The translations under genes were made by a program, and so were the position numbers. DNA of 64,000 bases from an uncultured Bacilli bacterium (GTDB lineage Bacteria > Bacillota_I > Bacilli_A > RFN20 > CAG-826), in assembly GCA_934162685.1 (NCBI GenBank), contig CAKPJO010000001.1, positions 30,602-94,601 of the forward strand, given 5' to 3'. This document shows positions 45,855 through 55,415 of the stretch, piece by piece. Under the pieces are notes generated by a model. That model did not search any database. It was not told where the DNA came from and saw only the letters and a program-made list of their open reading frames with translations. Position 1 is the stretch's first letter, and every line of letters starts with the position of its first letter.

Positions 45855-46339
45855 TTTCTTTCACCTCCTAACAAATTGTCAATACGTTCGAATATTGCTG
45901 GTAACAAAGTTTTATTAATGCAATTCTCAAAATCTTCGTTTTTTAATACATCAATTTTTGCTTCATCTGTTTGATAACTATAACCTCGATGTAATATTTC
46001 TGCTGTTGTTATTAAATTATAACACGACATCATATAATCAATTAATTGATATTTTTCATTTTCATTTAAAGTAGTTTCTACAAAAAACTTATCAAATGCG
46101 TATATGGCGAAGCCTGTCGTATTATTTAAAAATAAATAATTAAAATGAGTATCAAAATCAATATTTCTGCTTAATTCAGAATTACGATTGTTAGATAAAA
46201 TATCTACACAGCCAAAATTCCAATACTCATGCCAACCGCACGCCCATTCGGGTGCTTGTAGCCAATATTTTTTGCCTTCTTTATCCTTTCCTAATAAATA
46301 AAACTTTTTTCCATGCCAATAAATTACTTTCTTTTTCAT
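45851..46339 (-). CDS. hypothetical protein (paralog of 43770..44231)
   Basis: Start reset to ATG 46339 (GGAGGTGAAAATTATG). The ORF-track start at 46462 would overlap the upstream gene. Confidence 0.5.
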   Translation of the reverse strand: MKKKVIYWHGKKFYLLGKDKEGKKYWLQAPEWACGWHEYWNFGCVDILSNNRNSELSRNIDFDTHFNYLFLNNTTGFAIYAFDKFFVETTLNENEKYQLIDYMMSCYNLITTAEILHRGYSYQTDEAKIDVLKNEDFENCINKTLLPAIFERIDNLLGGERK

Positions 46340-46358
46340 AATTTTCACCTCCTTCTTT

Positions 46359-48833
46359 TTATCCTCTACAACAAAGAGCCCCATATTGAGAATGAATTGA
46401 TGTTTCATCAACATTCCCTGTTTCTTGTGCCCATTGTAATAAAGCTTGCACAATTTCAGCACTAGGGTTACTATTGCATGATCCGTGGACTTGTCTTATA
46501 GAAAACTTATTATTGATAGAACCATTTTGAGCAAGTTCTATTGTAAAATACGGTTCTGATAGATTATTATTTCTTCTGAAAAATAATATTGTAGTATGTT
46601 TGCTTGCAAACGCTTCTTGATAAGAACTTACGCAATGATGTAAAACTTTTCCTTCTGTGGATAAATCTTCTACTTTTTCAGGAACTAAAATAGTAAACTT
46701 ATCATTACTCCAAGCAAATTTCTTTTGTAATGTTTTTTTCCAAGACTTATATGATTCATTTAATAGTTTGGATTTTTCAACACTGATCATTTGTTTAAAA
46801 GTATCATAATTTTCTGACATAAAATCATGAAGACAATGAATTTTCATTTTAATATCTGTTGTTAATATGGCTGCTTTTAACCAACGAACAGAAAGTTGTG
46901 GCAAATGTTTTGTAACACATTCACAAACATATGACAAATTATTATTTTTAAAATCTTCTTTGGCTGTTGGAAAATCAATCGGAATTAATTTGATTTTTTC
47001 CTTCATTTGATAATAATCATATAATTCATAAGATTTAATTATATCTGTTGTACTAATTTTGTTTAATATACGAATAATTTCAGAATCTGAAAGTCCTTGT
47101 TCTGGAATTGTAAAGTTATAAAATCTCATAATATTAACAATTAATTGTTGTGTACTTAAACGACCATTATTGTTTTGATAAAAAATAAATGCTTTAAACA
47201 TTTCTAAAGTTATATATTTGCCATATTTTTTAGCAACTTGTTTTTTAGATAATGTTTTTACATTTGAATCAAACCTATAATATCCATAATTACACCAAGA
47301 AGAATAATATGTCATGGTCATTTTTCCTTTTAAAATATTAATTAAATAATATAATATATCATTATAAAAATCAATACCAACATAAGATTTATCAAAAATT
47401 GTTGCATCTTTTATAAAATCTTCGTAATTTTTCTTGCTTAAATAACATTGTTCATACATTTTAGTTTTTTGTATATCACAATCTGTGTCAAATAATAATT
47501 GTGTCACTCGTGACGCTGTACGAGCGTTAGTAATATTTGTTGAACAAAACAATTTTCTTGTCTCTATAAATTCATTAACATATGTAGAACCATAATGCTT
47601 AATAAAACTTTCATATGTCATATCTTTATAGTATAAAGGATTAAACAAGGGCTCTAATATTTCTTGATATATTAAGCCTCCAATAGTTATATTTCTATCA
47701 TAATAAGCATAAGAATAATTACTATTTTTACTATATTTATCATTAATGTTGTACGAAGATAAAATTTCTGCAAAACTATTATTTGGAAACATTGAATTAA
47801 AAATGTAATTTAAACCATGAATCTCTTGAATCTCAGAAATATGTTCTTGAATACAATTTATAATTTGTTGAAAACTCTGTACATCTGAATAATTAACACT
47901 ATTGAAAGTTTGATATTTATTAGTTGTTTTATCAGTTGTTAATTCTCCTTGTGATGAAGATAGAAAACATTCACAGTTTCCTGTCTTTTTGTCATATACG
48001 TGTAATATTATATTTCTCCAATAGTTTTTATTATACATTAAAAGATACACATTATCTTGATCAGATTCAATATGCAATATATTGTTTGATTTAATCAATT
48101 CTTTTATTTTGTTTTGAAACATGTCTTGGTATGTTAACAATTTTGATTTTTGAATTGTTTTATGTGCAAATTTTGTTTTGTTTGGATGTTTAATACATTC
48201 AATAAATGTTGCAATAGGAAACATCTCGTTATAATCTATAGAGTGTGTTATTTGCCACCAATTTTTTAACACAGTTAAATCAAAACCTTGTTCCTTCAAT
48301 ATTTTTGTTGAAAAAGGTGATAAACGTCCAAATGGATACCCATTATCTGGATAAGTCTCTATTGTGTTTATATTTACAAATCTAATATCTTGGAGATTGG
48401 ATACATTACTAATTTTCCAAGATCTTTCTTTTGGTTCAATAAATTTCTTATCTTGGTCGTACACTTCCCAATCATTTGTAATGTAATACATAGGTTCATT
48501 ACGATATAAATAAGGAAATGCCTTTCTATTTGCAACATAGGAATTAAACAAATATATGCCAACACCCTTTTTATTATTAATAGTACATTTTTCAATGAAA
48601 ATATAGTTTTTAGAAGCATTTTTAATAGGAAATAATAAAGCATAATCTTTAACATCTTCTAATACTAGTTGTCCTTGTTTATCATAAATTTTTCCTGCTG
48701 GTGTTACTATATACATTGGTAATTGGCATAATTGTTTGTGTGTCTCTACCTCAACTTCTCTTAAAGGTGATTTTAATGTGTTTACTTTAATTTTGTTATT
48801 CATAATTTTTTCCTCCAATTTTTCCTTTTTCAA
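46359..48833 (-). CDS. large hypothetical protein (824 aa) with a C-terminal His/Cys-rich conserved module
   Basis: RBS GGAGGAAAAAATTATG. C-terminus LHHCVSSYQEA...YFTIEL...IRQVHGSCNSNP. Confidence 0.6.
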   Translation of the reverse strand: MKKEKLEEKIMNNKIKVNTLKSPLREVEVETHKQLCQLPMYIVTPAGKIYDKQGQLVLEDVKDYALLFPIKNASKNYIFIEKCTINNKKGVGIYLFNSYVANRKAFPYLYRNEPMYYITNDWEVYDQDKKFIEPKERSWKISNVSNLQDIRFVNINTIETYPDNGYPFGRLSPFSTKILKEQGFDLTVLKNWWQITHSIDYNEMFPIATFIECIKHPNKTKFAHKTIQKSKLLTYQDMFQNKIKELIKSNNILHIESDQDNVYLLMYNKNYWRNIILHVYDKKTGNCECFLSSSQGELTTDKTTNKYQTFNSVNYSDVQSFQQIINCIQEHISEIQEIHGLNYIFNSMFPNNSFAEILSSYNINDKYSKNSNYSYAYYDRNITIGGLIYQEILEPLFNPLYYKDMTYESFIKHYGSTYVNEFIETRKLFCSTNITNARTASRVTQLLFDTDCDIQKTKMYEQCYLSKKNYEDFIKDATIFDKSYVGIDFYNDILYYLINILKGKMTMTYYSSWCNYGYYRFDSNVKTLSKKQVAKKYGKYITLEMFKAFIFYQNNNGRLSTQQLIVNIMRFYNFTIPEQGLSDSEIIRILNKISTTDIIKSYELYDYYQMKEKIKLIPIDFPTAKEDFKNNNLSYVCECVTKHLPQLSVRWLKAAILTTDIKMKIHCLHDFMSENYDTFKQMISVEKSKLLNESYKSWKKTLQKKFAWSNDKFTILVPEKVEDLSTEGKVLHHCVSSYQEAFASKHTTILFFRRNNNLSEPYFTIELAQNGSINNKFSIRQVHGSCNSNPSAEIVQALLQWAQETGNVDETSIHSQYGALCCRG

Positions 48834-48873
48834 GGGATAAGAATATTTTTAAGGAGAAAATATTCAAAACCTT

Positions 48874-48892
48874 GTTCCTATTTTATTTTAAA
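48874..48892 (-). promoter_or_regulatory. conserved box (AAAATAAAATAGGAAC, minus sense)
   Basis: 41 nt upstream of the ATG at 48833. Confidence 0.5.
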
Positions 48893-48900
48893 CTTAAAGA

Positions 48901-49461
48901 TTAATAATCACAATCTTCGTCTTCGCCGTCATAATTATCTTCATCATAATCTTCACAACATTCCATTCTTTCCTCCTGAAGAGCTTTTTCAACTCTTTCT
49001 TTTAATATGACGTCTAAATCTTCTTGAGATAATTTAGATTTCAAATCATTGCAATTTGCAATTTCTTTACCTTCGTGGTCATAAGCAATTTTGCCTTTGA
49101 CTAGAATTTCAATTCCATTATCTAATTTAAAGCTATGATCTGGAATCATTTCTGCTTCCACAAATTGTTGTGCAATATTACATTGTGTATAGACTTGAGA
49201 AATATTCATTCCCATTGAAGCATAAAGATTTAACATCTTTTCTTTATCTTCTGCAGAGCTTGCAAATCCAATTAACATTTCTGTTCTAGGATCATAAACT
49301 GGAATTAATTTACCTGCATCAATCATTTTGATAGTATCTAAAATACCTTTTTGAGGCATTTCTTGATATTTTTTTATTAATGCTTCTTTAGCTGCTTTCT
49401 TTTTTGCTTCTTTTCTTTCTTCTGCTGCTCTTTTTAAATTTTCTAATACTGTGTTTTTCAT
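48901..49461 (-). CDS. hypothetical protein with an acidic Cys-containing tail
   Basis: RBS AGGAGGAAAACAG. Confidence 0.5.
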   Translation of the reverse strand: MKNTVLENLKRAAEERKEAKKKAAKEALIKKYQEMPQKGILDTIKMIDAGKLIPVYDPRTEMLIGFASSAEDKEKMLNLYASMGMNISQVYTQCNIAQQFVEAEMIPDHSFKLDNGIEILVKGKIAYDHEGKEIANCNDLKSKLSQEDLDVILKERVEKALQEERMECCEDYDEDNYDGEDEDCDY

Positions 49462-49494
49462 AACTGTTTTCCTCCTATAATATAAATGTTATGA

Positions 49495-49532
49495 TGTTCC
49501 TATTGAGTTATTGTTCCTATTTAATTTTTATA
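49495..49532 (-). promoter_or_regulatory. two tandem conserved boxes (AAAAATTAAATAGGAAC; ACTCAATAGGAAC, minus sense)
   Basis: 34 and 52 nt upstream of the ATG at 49461. Confidence 0.5.
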
Positions 49533-49544
49533 TAATAAAATGTA

Positions 49545-49988
49545 TTAAAAATCAATTTTAATTGCTATTAATACATCATTATTATTAAAATAACCAGATA
49601 CTGAATACATACCGTCACCAAATCCAGTATGAGCCAAGAAAATGTTTTCTTTTTGCCATAACATAGCAGATGAATTTATTTCATCCATGAATTTGAGATT
49701 ATCATTTATAGAAGAATTATCCCATTTGTCTCTGATACTCATCATTCCAGAATCTACTGTTACAATGTTTAATGGGGCATTAATGCTCATTTCACTGATT
49801 TCAGTATCTTTTGGCATAATCATCATTCTAATAACACGATTAGTTGATTCATTAACTTTAACGTAACAATCGTAATTGCCTTTTTTAATTTCTAATTTTA
49901 ATGATTCATAATTATAACAAGGATCGCCTATATAGACGATTCCTTTTGTTAAATCTAATGTGTTGTGCAATTTAATAAGTTTATTCAT
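49545..49988 (-). CDS. hypothetical protein
   Basis: RBS AGGAGGAAAAC. Confidence 0.5.
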   Translation of the reverse strand: MNKLIKLHNTLDLTKGIVYIGDPCYNYESLKLEIKKGNYDCYVKVNESTNRVIRMMIMPKDTEISEMSINAPLNIVTVDSGMMSIRDKWDNSSINDNLKFMDEINSSAMLWQKENIFLAHTGFGDGMYSVSGYFNNNDVLIAIKIDF

Positions 49989-50002
49989 TTTTGTTTTCCT
50001 CC

Positions 50003-50209
50003 TTAAGCTACTGTTTCATATAACTTAATATCAAAATTCTCTTCATCTTTTCCTTCTGCTACCATTATAGCCATATGATAACATTCGAGCATAAAATATG
50101 AAATTTGTCTAATAAATTCACGACATTCTTCAACAGAGTTATAATATTTAGTTTGTAATAAATACGCATCTGTTTTTTCTTCATAAATTTCTACAAAATA
50201 TCTTTTCAT
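50003..50209 (-). CDS. hypothetical protein
   Basis: RBS AAGGAGGTG. Confidence 0.5.
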   Translation of the reverse strand: MKRYFVEIYEEKTDAYLLQTKYYNSVEECREFIRQISYFMLECYHMAIMVAEGKDEENFDIKLYETVA

Positions 50210-50210
50210 C

Positions 50211-50654
50211 TTATTTCACCTCCTTTATTTTTGATTTAGTAACAACTGATTTTAAACATCCAGATGTGTTTAATAATAATTGATGTAATTCTCTTTTACT
50301 GAGCTCATCTTCCATTTCATTAATAAGTTGTTTACCTTTATTAGTTATTACTCTAATTTCATAATGACTTGGTACAACAGGAGAATCGTGATGTGTTTCT
50401 TCTATAATGATAATTCCATCATCTCTAATGAATACTCTTGGACCATCTTCTGTTTCGAATAGACACATACGATTTATCATTCCCCATAATGATGTGTTAT
50501 AAACAATTATACCTCCTTCTTGTTTTCCGCTCCAAGCCATAAAATATCCTGTGCCTAAGAAGGACATTTCACCTTTTGTTTCTTCTAATTCATCTGATAA
50601 ATCTTTAGCCTCTTCTAATGTAATTTCTGTTAAGTTTAATTCTTTGTTATCCAT
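50211..50654 (-). CDS. hypothetical protein
   Basis: RBS AGAGGAAAATTAATTATG. Confidence 0.5.
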   Translation of the reverse strand: MDNKELNLTEITLEEAKDLSDELEETKGEMSFLGTGYFMAWSGKQEGGIIVYNTSLWGMINRMCLFETEDGPRVFIRDDGIIIIEETHHDSPVVPSHYEIRVITNKGKQLINEMEDELSKRELHQLLLNTSGCLKSVVTKSKIKEVK

Positions 50655-50656
50655 AA

Positions 50657-50932
50657 TTAATTTTCCTCTTTCTTTAGATAAATAATGTTTGTCACTTGTC
50701 TATCAGGTAAGCTGTTCCTATATTGTCCGTATATATAATATTTTTTCATTTTTTCAGCAAGTTGAATTTGATTCATATTTCTATCGAAGAAATAATAATC
50801 ATCTTTTGGTTTATTATATTTATCCTTTTTTGTATGTATTCGGACCACATACTGGACATTCATATAATTAAGATATTGCTGAAAGGATCTGATTACAACA
50901 GATCCTCTTTTCATCTCCATTCCATTAATCAC
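50657..50932 (-). CDS. hypothetical protein
   Basis: Coupled to neighbours; contains an internal copy of the GTTCCTAT box near its 3' end. Confidence 0.4.
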   Translation of the reverse strand: MINGMEMKRGSVVIRSFQQYLNYMNVQYVVRIHTKKDKYNKPKDDYYFFDRNMNQIQLAEKMKKYYIYGQYRNSLPDRQVTNIIYLKKEEN

Positions 50933-50935
50933 CTC

Positions 50936-51448
50936 CTATCTTAATTTTGTAAAGACAAGTTTACCTTTTTCAGAGCCACATTCTGAACAGTAATAACCTT
51001 TTCCTTCTGTTTTATAGATTTTACCTTTTCTATAATAAATCCATTTTTTGTGACAGCAAGGACATTCTAGCGTTGCGACTGCTTTAGGACTTAATGCTTC
51101 ATCATATGTATAAAAATTACATCTTGAAATATCTACACCGAAATGATTTCCTACAGCTGCTGCAAGAGTCTTCCATACAGGACCATGATGAGTACCAGGT
51201 CCTGCATAAGCGTGGCATAATTCGTGAAGAATAACTGTTTTGATATCTTCTTCTTTTATTATAGCCTGATTTATACATATCGTTTTTGTATTATATATAT
51301 ATCTGCCATTAGCCCTCGCGGATTTAAAATATGGATCTACTTTTATATCAATTTTTGTGTTGTCAGCATAAGGGTTTCTTTCATTCAAATATTCAACCAC
51401 TTCATCATTTAATTGATTTGCTAATTTAATAACTGCTTCTGGTGTCAT
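50936..51448 (-). CDS. SprT-like zinc metalloprotease with a C-terminal zinc ribbon
   Basis: HExxH in ILHELCHAY. C-terminal CPCC...CSECG. Confidence 0.6.
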   Translation of the reverse strand: MTPEAVIKLANQLNDEVVEYLNERNPYADNTKIDIKVDPYFKSARANGRYIYNTKTICINQAIIKEEDIKTVILHELCHAYAGPGTHHGPVWKTLAAAVGNHFGVDISRCNFYTYDEALSPKAVATLECPCCHKKWIYYRKGKIYKTEGKGYYCSECGSEKGKLVFTKLR

Positions 51449-51449
51449 T

Positions 51450-51926
51450 TTACATCACCTCCTTTCCAAATACGCCACTAAGCATTATGTCAACTTTTTG
51501 ACCAATTTGTTTTTCACAAGTTGGAGAAAGTTGAATATTTAAATCATCTTTTTCTTTTTGAAGATTTTCAATAATCTTAGTAGTTTCTATTCTTTTTATT
51601 TTAAGTCTAGACTCTCTAAGTTCATTGGCTGACGGCAAAAAGTCAGGTCTACTATTATTTTTAAACTCCTCTAAATAAGCTGGAGCTAAATAAGTGGTAT
51701 CAACAAGATTTGCTGCCATCCATCTGCCTTCTCGATCTTTCTTCAAATTAAAAGCAACTTGGACTCCCACCTTTGCATAGCAACGATGAGACATTAATTG
51801 TTTAAAATGAAAGAAAAGATTTTCGTCAAATTTGCCATTACCCCATTGTGGAGTAATATAGCCATAACCTCCTTTCGTATTAACTGAAATAATTGTTCCG
51901 ATAAACATTTGATTTTGATGTAACAT
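51450..51926 (-). CDS. cold-shock-domain (OB-fold) protein
   Basis: N-terminal GTIISVNTKGGYGYI resembles the CspA motif GxVKWFNxxKGFGFI. Confidence 0.5.
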   Translation of the reverse strand: MLHQNQMFIGTIISVNTKGGYGYITPQWGNGKFDENLFFHFKQLMSHRCYAKVGVQVAFNLKKDREGRWMAANLVDTTYLAPAYLEEFKNNSRPDFLPSANELRESRLKIKRIETTKIIENLQKEKDDLNIQLSPTCEKQIGQKVDIMLSGVFGKEVM

Positions 51927-51927
51927 A

Positions 51928-52482
51928 TTATTTACCTCCTTTATCTGTTTTTAATATAACATCAATAATTCCATATTTCAAAGCTTGTTCAGCTGTAAAA
52001 TATTTATCTCTTTGTAAATCTGTTTTAATTTGTTTAACAGATTTTCCTGTTCTTTCAGAGCAGAATTCAAACATCTTTTCTCTGATAAACTTCAATTGTT
52101 CAACAGCAATTTCAACATCCATTGAGGAGCCTTCAGCTCCACCAATTGGTTGGTGTAACATTGTTGTTGCATTTGGAGTTGCATATCTATGCCCTTTTTC
52201 TCCATTTAATAGGATAATACCAGCTGCGCTTGCTGCTAAGCCAATATTATATGTATGCACTGGAGATTTGATTAAATTCATTGTATCTACAATAGAATTC
52301 ATTGCATAAACGCTTCCTCCACAAGAATTAATATATAAGTGAATAGGCGCAACGGCTTGTGCATCTAAATAGAGCAAAGCCATTGTTACCACTTCTGCGC
52401 TAACATCATTAATTTCTCCTGTTAGCATGATTGTTCTGTTGTCTAATAAAGCATTAAACATTTGTTCATTTACGTGATTCAT
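51928..52482 (-). CDS. clpP: ClpP-like serine protease
   Basis: INSCGGSV, GLAASAAG (catalytic Ser context), TMLHQPIGG (His) motifs typical of ClpP. Confidence 0.7.
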   Translation of the reverse strand: MNHVNEQMFNALLDNRTIMLTGEINDVSAEVVTMALLYLDAQAVAPIHLYINSCGGSVYAMNSIVDTMNLIKSPVHTYNIGLAASAAGIILLNGEKGHRYATPNATTMLHQPIGGAEGSSMDVEIAVEQLKFIREKMFEFCSERTGKSVKQIKTDLQRDKYFTAEQALKYGIIDVILKTDKGGK

Positions 52483-52499
52483 TTTTCTTTTTCCTCCTA

Positions 52500-52820
52500 T
52501 TAATCAGTAACTTTAATGAAATAATGTAATTCTTCACCTTTAAGGTGATTATAAGCATAATCATCTGCTTTTTGCCATAGCTCATTATAAACTTTTGCAA
52601 AATCTGAATGACCTGCATTGTAATGTTGCCATAATTTCCAATTTAGTACCATTACGAATTCTGTTAAATACTTATAATTACTTTTAATATTTTTAAAAGA
52701 TTCTTTATAAGTATCTTTAACTGCTTTTATTCCGAATGCATCAGCAATGCTGAAATCATCCCAGAAGGTTGTCATTGGCTTATAGCCTGTTTCTTCTTCG
52801 ATTGTCCAATGTGTTCTCAT
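52500..52820 (-). CDS. hypothetical protein
   Basis: RBS AGGAGGAATAAAAAATG. Confidence 0.5.
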   Translation of the reverse strand: MRTHWTIEEETGYKPMTTFWDDFSIADAFGIKAVKDTYKESFKNIKSNYKYLTEFVMVLNWKLWQHYNAGHSDFAKVYNELWQKADDYAYNHLKGEELHYFIKVTD

Positions 52821-52823
52821 TTT

Positions 52824-53534
52824 TTATTCCTCCTTATTTTTTACTTGTACTAATCTTTTGTTTTTTAATTTGTAAAAAGTGTTTTCTTTAATTTTTTCAC
52901 CATCAACTTTAAACGACCTTATGCATATTGGAAGATATTCTCTTGTTTCTCGATCATATCCGTATTCAGCTAAAGTAATCCAAGTTCCTTTAATTCCTTT
53001 TGCTATTCCATCCATACCAATATTAACAATAATAGAATGTTTGTTATTTGCTGCAACTTGACTATCGCTACCAATCATTGCTATTTTACAAAATTCTCCA
53101 TTAATTGTAACTTTACTAAAAGAACCGCTAGTGACTATGTCATTTTTATTTCCTATAGTTGCTATATGATTTCCTGAACCATTAGTTGCTATTCTATGAC
53201 AATGTCCTCGTGCTATAATTTCGTTGAAATCTCCATTGGTTGTCAGGCGATTTGAAGAATTACTAATTATTATTCTATTATTTTTTCCATTAGTTCCTAG
53301 TTTTTCTTCACCTCTATCACATAATAATTTACTTGAATCTCTGTCAATTAATATTTGATTGCAGTTCATTTCAATATATAATTTATTCATTGGTTTTATA
53401 TTATCTAAATTATCTTTAATAAATGAATCAATGTTACAATTGTCATCTAATAATGAACACTCATTTAACCGATTAAATAAATCTTCATAATTGCCGTATA
53501 TCATTTTAAAAACCTCCTTCCTATAGCATTTCAT
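52824..53534 (-). CDS. beta-helix repeat protein ((T/I)xGxxNxI repeats)
   Basis: About 9 tandem approximate repeats (LTTNGDFNEII, IATNGSGNHIA, TIGNKNDIV, ...). Confidence 0.5.
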   Translation of the reverse strand: MKCYRKEVFKMIYGNYEDLFNRLNECSLLDDNCNIDSFIKDNLDNIKPMNKLYIEMNCNQILIDRDSSKLLCDRGEEKLGTNGKNNRIIISNSSNRLTTNGDFNEIIARGHCHRIATNGSGNHIATIGNKNDIVTSGSFSKVTINGEFCKIAMIGSDSQVAANNKHSIIVNIGMDGIAKGIKGTWITLAEYGYDRETREYLPICIRSFKVDGEKIKENTFYKLKNKRLVQVKNKEE

Positions 53535-53808
53535 TATCTAGTAATACTGAACCATTTTCAAGTTCAAATATTGCTTTGTTACTTTTAGCAGCTACATATT
53601 CATATTCTGTAAGACCTGCTATATATTTACATTCGTCTTTTGAATCATATTCTTCAAAACGATCTCTAAAATATTGTAAATCAAAATCTACTTCATCATC
53701 TTCTAAAATATCATAGATTTTATCTACTACCTCTCTTGAGAACCCACTTTCGTTCATATGGTCCTCAAATTCACATTTACATAATTCATATTTTATCATA
53801 ACACTCAT
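53521..53808 (-). CDS. hypothetical protein
   Basis: RBS AAGGGAGGAATG. Confidence 0.5.
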   Translation of the reverse strand: MSVMIKYELCKCEFEDHMNESGFSREVVDKIYDILEDDEVDFDLQYFRDRFEEYDSKDECKYIAGLTEYEYVAAKSNKAIFELENGSVLLDNEML

Positions 53809-53819
53809 TCCTCCCTTTG

Positions 53820-55136
53820 TTATTTTGATAAAACGAAGCCAAAACCTTTTTTGATTTCGTAAATACGCATAATATTATCAACGACTTCTTTTGTAACTGG
53901 AACATTTGTTCTTTTGCTACGTGCCATACATCTATCTAATAATTCAATAGATGCATCTGGTTGACCAGCATTATCAATTGTGTTTGATTTATCATAAATA
54001 TATTCAATTACATCTGATTCTACTGTATTTTCAGCAAAATCATTTAATATATCTAATACTATCTTTTTATCTAAAGGTTTTATATTAATTGGACACAAAC
54101 GACGTGACATCGCTTGATCTTTCTTAATAGTTTCTTCATATTCATTATTAGTTGTTGCACCAATAATGGTAACTTCACCTCTTGATAAATAAGGCTTTAA
54201 GATATTGCTTGCGTCAACTGCTCCTTCTGCTCCACCAGCACCCATTAATGTATGAATTTCATCAATAAATAATATAATAGGATATTGTGGAAATTCTTTA
54301 TTATATTTAATTATTGCATTTAATACAGTAGTAAGTTTTTCTTCAAACATACCTCTATATTTTGTTCCTGCAACAGTGTTTGCTATAACTAATTCAAGAA
54401 TACAATATTTATCTTTGATTCTTTGATTTAGTTCTTCAATAATTACTGTCTTTCCTGAACCAGCTGGAGCAATAAGAATAGAATTTCTCATTCTTTTCTT
54501 TAACAAGCTTTCTTCAAGAAGATTTAATTCATCTTCTCTACCTTTCACTTGTGTGGCTGGTTTATTCATAGGAAACAATATATTTTGAGATTTTTTAATT
54601 ATTTCATTAATAACTTGTCTTTCCTTGAAATTGTGTTCTATTGCGTTAGCCCAGTGATTTGGATCTGCATACACTGGGGTTGTATAGAAATAATCAAGAA
54701 CTTCTTGAAGAACTTCATGATCTTCTATTGTTAAAAACAAATCTTTAAAGATTTCATCAAGAGTAATTAATGTATTTTCTTTATGATTCATATCAACTCT
54801 TAATAAAAAATTTTCATCATTATACCATTTAAGTTTTCTTTTATTGCTAATTTGTTCTTCTGGATGATTATTTCTATCCTTTAGTTTTAATGCATTAATT
54901 AGATTTAATCTAAAACTACCGACGTAGCTTTCACCTCCTATCTCAGGAATCAAAACTTCTTCAATTAAGCCACATCTATATTGTGGTTCGTTGTTTCTAA
55001 CCAATAAATAGTTAATTAACAACATTTCTGGATATACTTCAAAGAAATATTTTTCTTTTGCATATCTTTCTGTTGCATTAATAAAATTTAATGCATTATA
55101 ATCAAAATTGTGTACGTTGTAGTCCATATTTAACAC
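53820..55136 (-). CDS. Clp/Hsp100-family AAA+ ATPase (single ClpA/B/C D1-type module)
   Basis: Walker A IAPAGSGKT. Walker B plus sensor ILFIDEIHTLMGAGGAEGAVDASNILKP, the D1 signature of ClpA/B/C. Confidence 0.65.
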   Translation of the reverse strand: MLNMDYNVHNFDYNALNFINATERYAKEKYFFEVYPEMLLINYLLVRNNEPQYRCGLIEEVLIPEIGGESYVGSFRLNLINALKLKDRNNHPEEQISNKRKLKWYNDENFLLRVDMNHKENTLITLDEIFKDLFLTIEDHEVLQEVLDYFYTTPVYADPNHWANAIEHNFKERQVINEIIKKSQNILFPMNKPATQVKGREDELNLLEESLLKKRMRNSILIAPAGSGKTVIIEELNQRIKDKYCILELVIANTVAGTKYRGMFEEKLTTVLNAIIKYNKEFPQYPIILFIDEIHTLMGAGGAEGAVDASNILKPYLSRGEVTIIGATTNNEYEETIKKDQAMSRRLCPINIKPLDKKIVLDILNDFAENTVESDVIEYIYDKSNTIDNAGQPDASIELLDRCMARSKRTNVPVTKEVVDNIMRIYEIKKGFGFVLSK

Positions 55137-55402
55137 TCTCCTTTTATGTCATCAACATCTTCTGAATCTTTGTTAATCCAAATTGCAATAGGTGGATTTA
55201 ACATCGTTTTGCATTTGTTTGGATAATCATCATCGATTATCGTAACTAATTTTTGGAAATCTGTTTCAAGAATTTCTTGATCAATTCTATCATAGTCTTC
55301 TGGATTTAATCTTTCTTTGTTTTTTAACGCTTGAAAGATTTTAACGTTGTCTCCCTTAAACTTAAAGTACATAGCTAATAATACGTTTCTTGGATTAAGC
55401 AT
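55130..55402 (-). CDS. hypothetical protein
   Basis: RBS AGGAGGAAACAAAAATG. Confidence 0.5.
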   Translation of the reverse strand: MLNPRNVLLAMYFKFKGDNVKIFQALKNKERLNPEDYDRIDQEILETDFQKLVTIIDDDYPNKCKTMLNPPIAIWINKDSEDVDDIKGEC

Positions 55403-55415
55403 TTTTGTTTCCTCC

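Noticed and set aside
46340-46462. Extended start (46462) for ORF 45851..46462 overlapping the 824-aa gene
   Set aside because: The internal ATG at 46339 has a strong RBS (GGAGGTGAAAATTATG) and gives a protein co-linear with its paralog 43770..44231. The extension overlaps the upstream gene in another frame.
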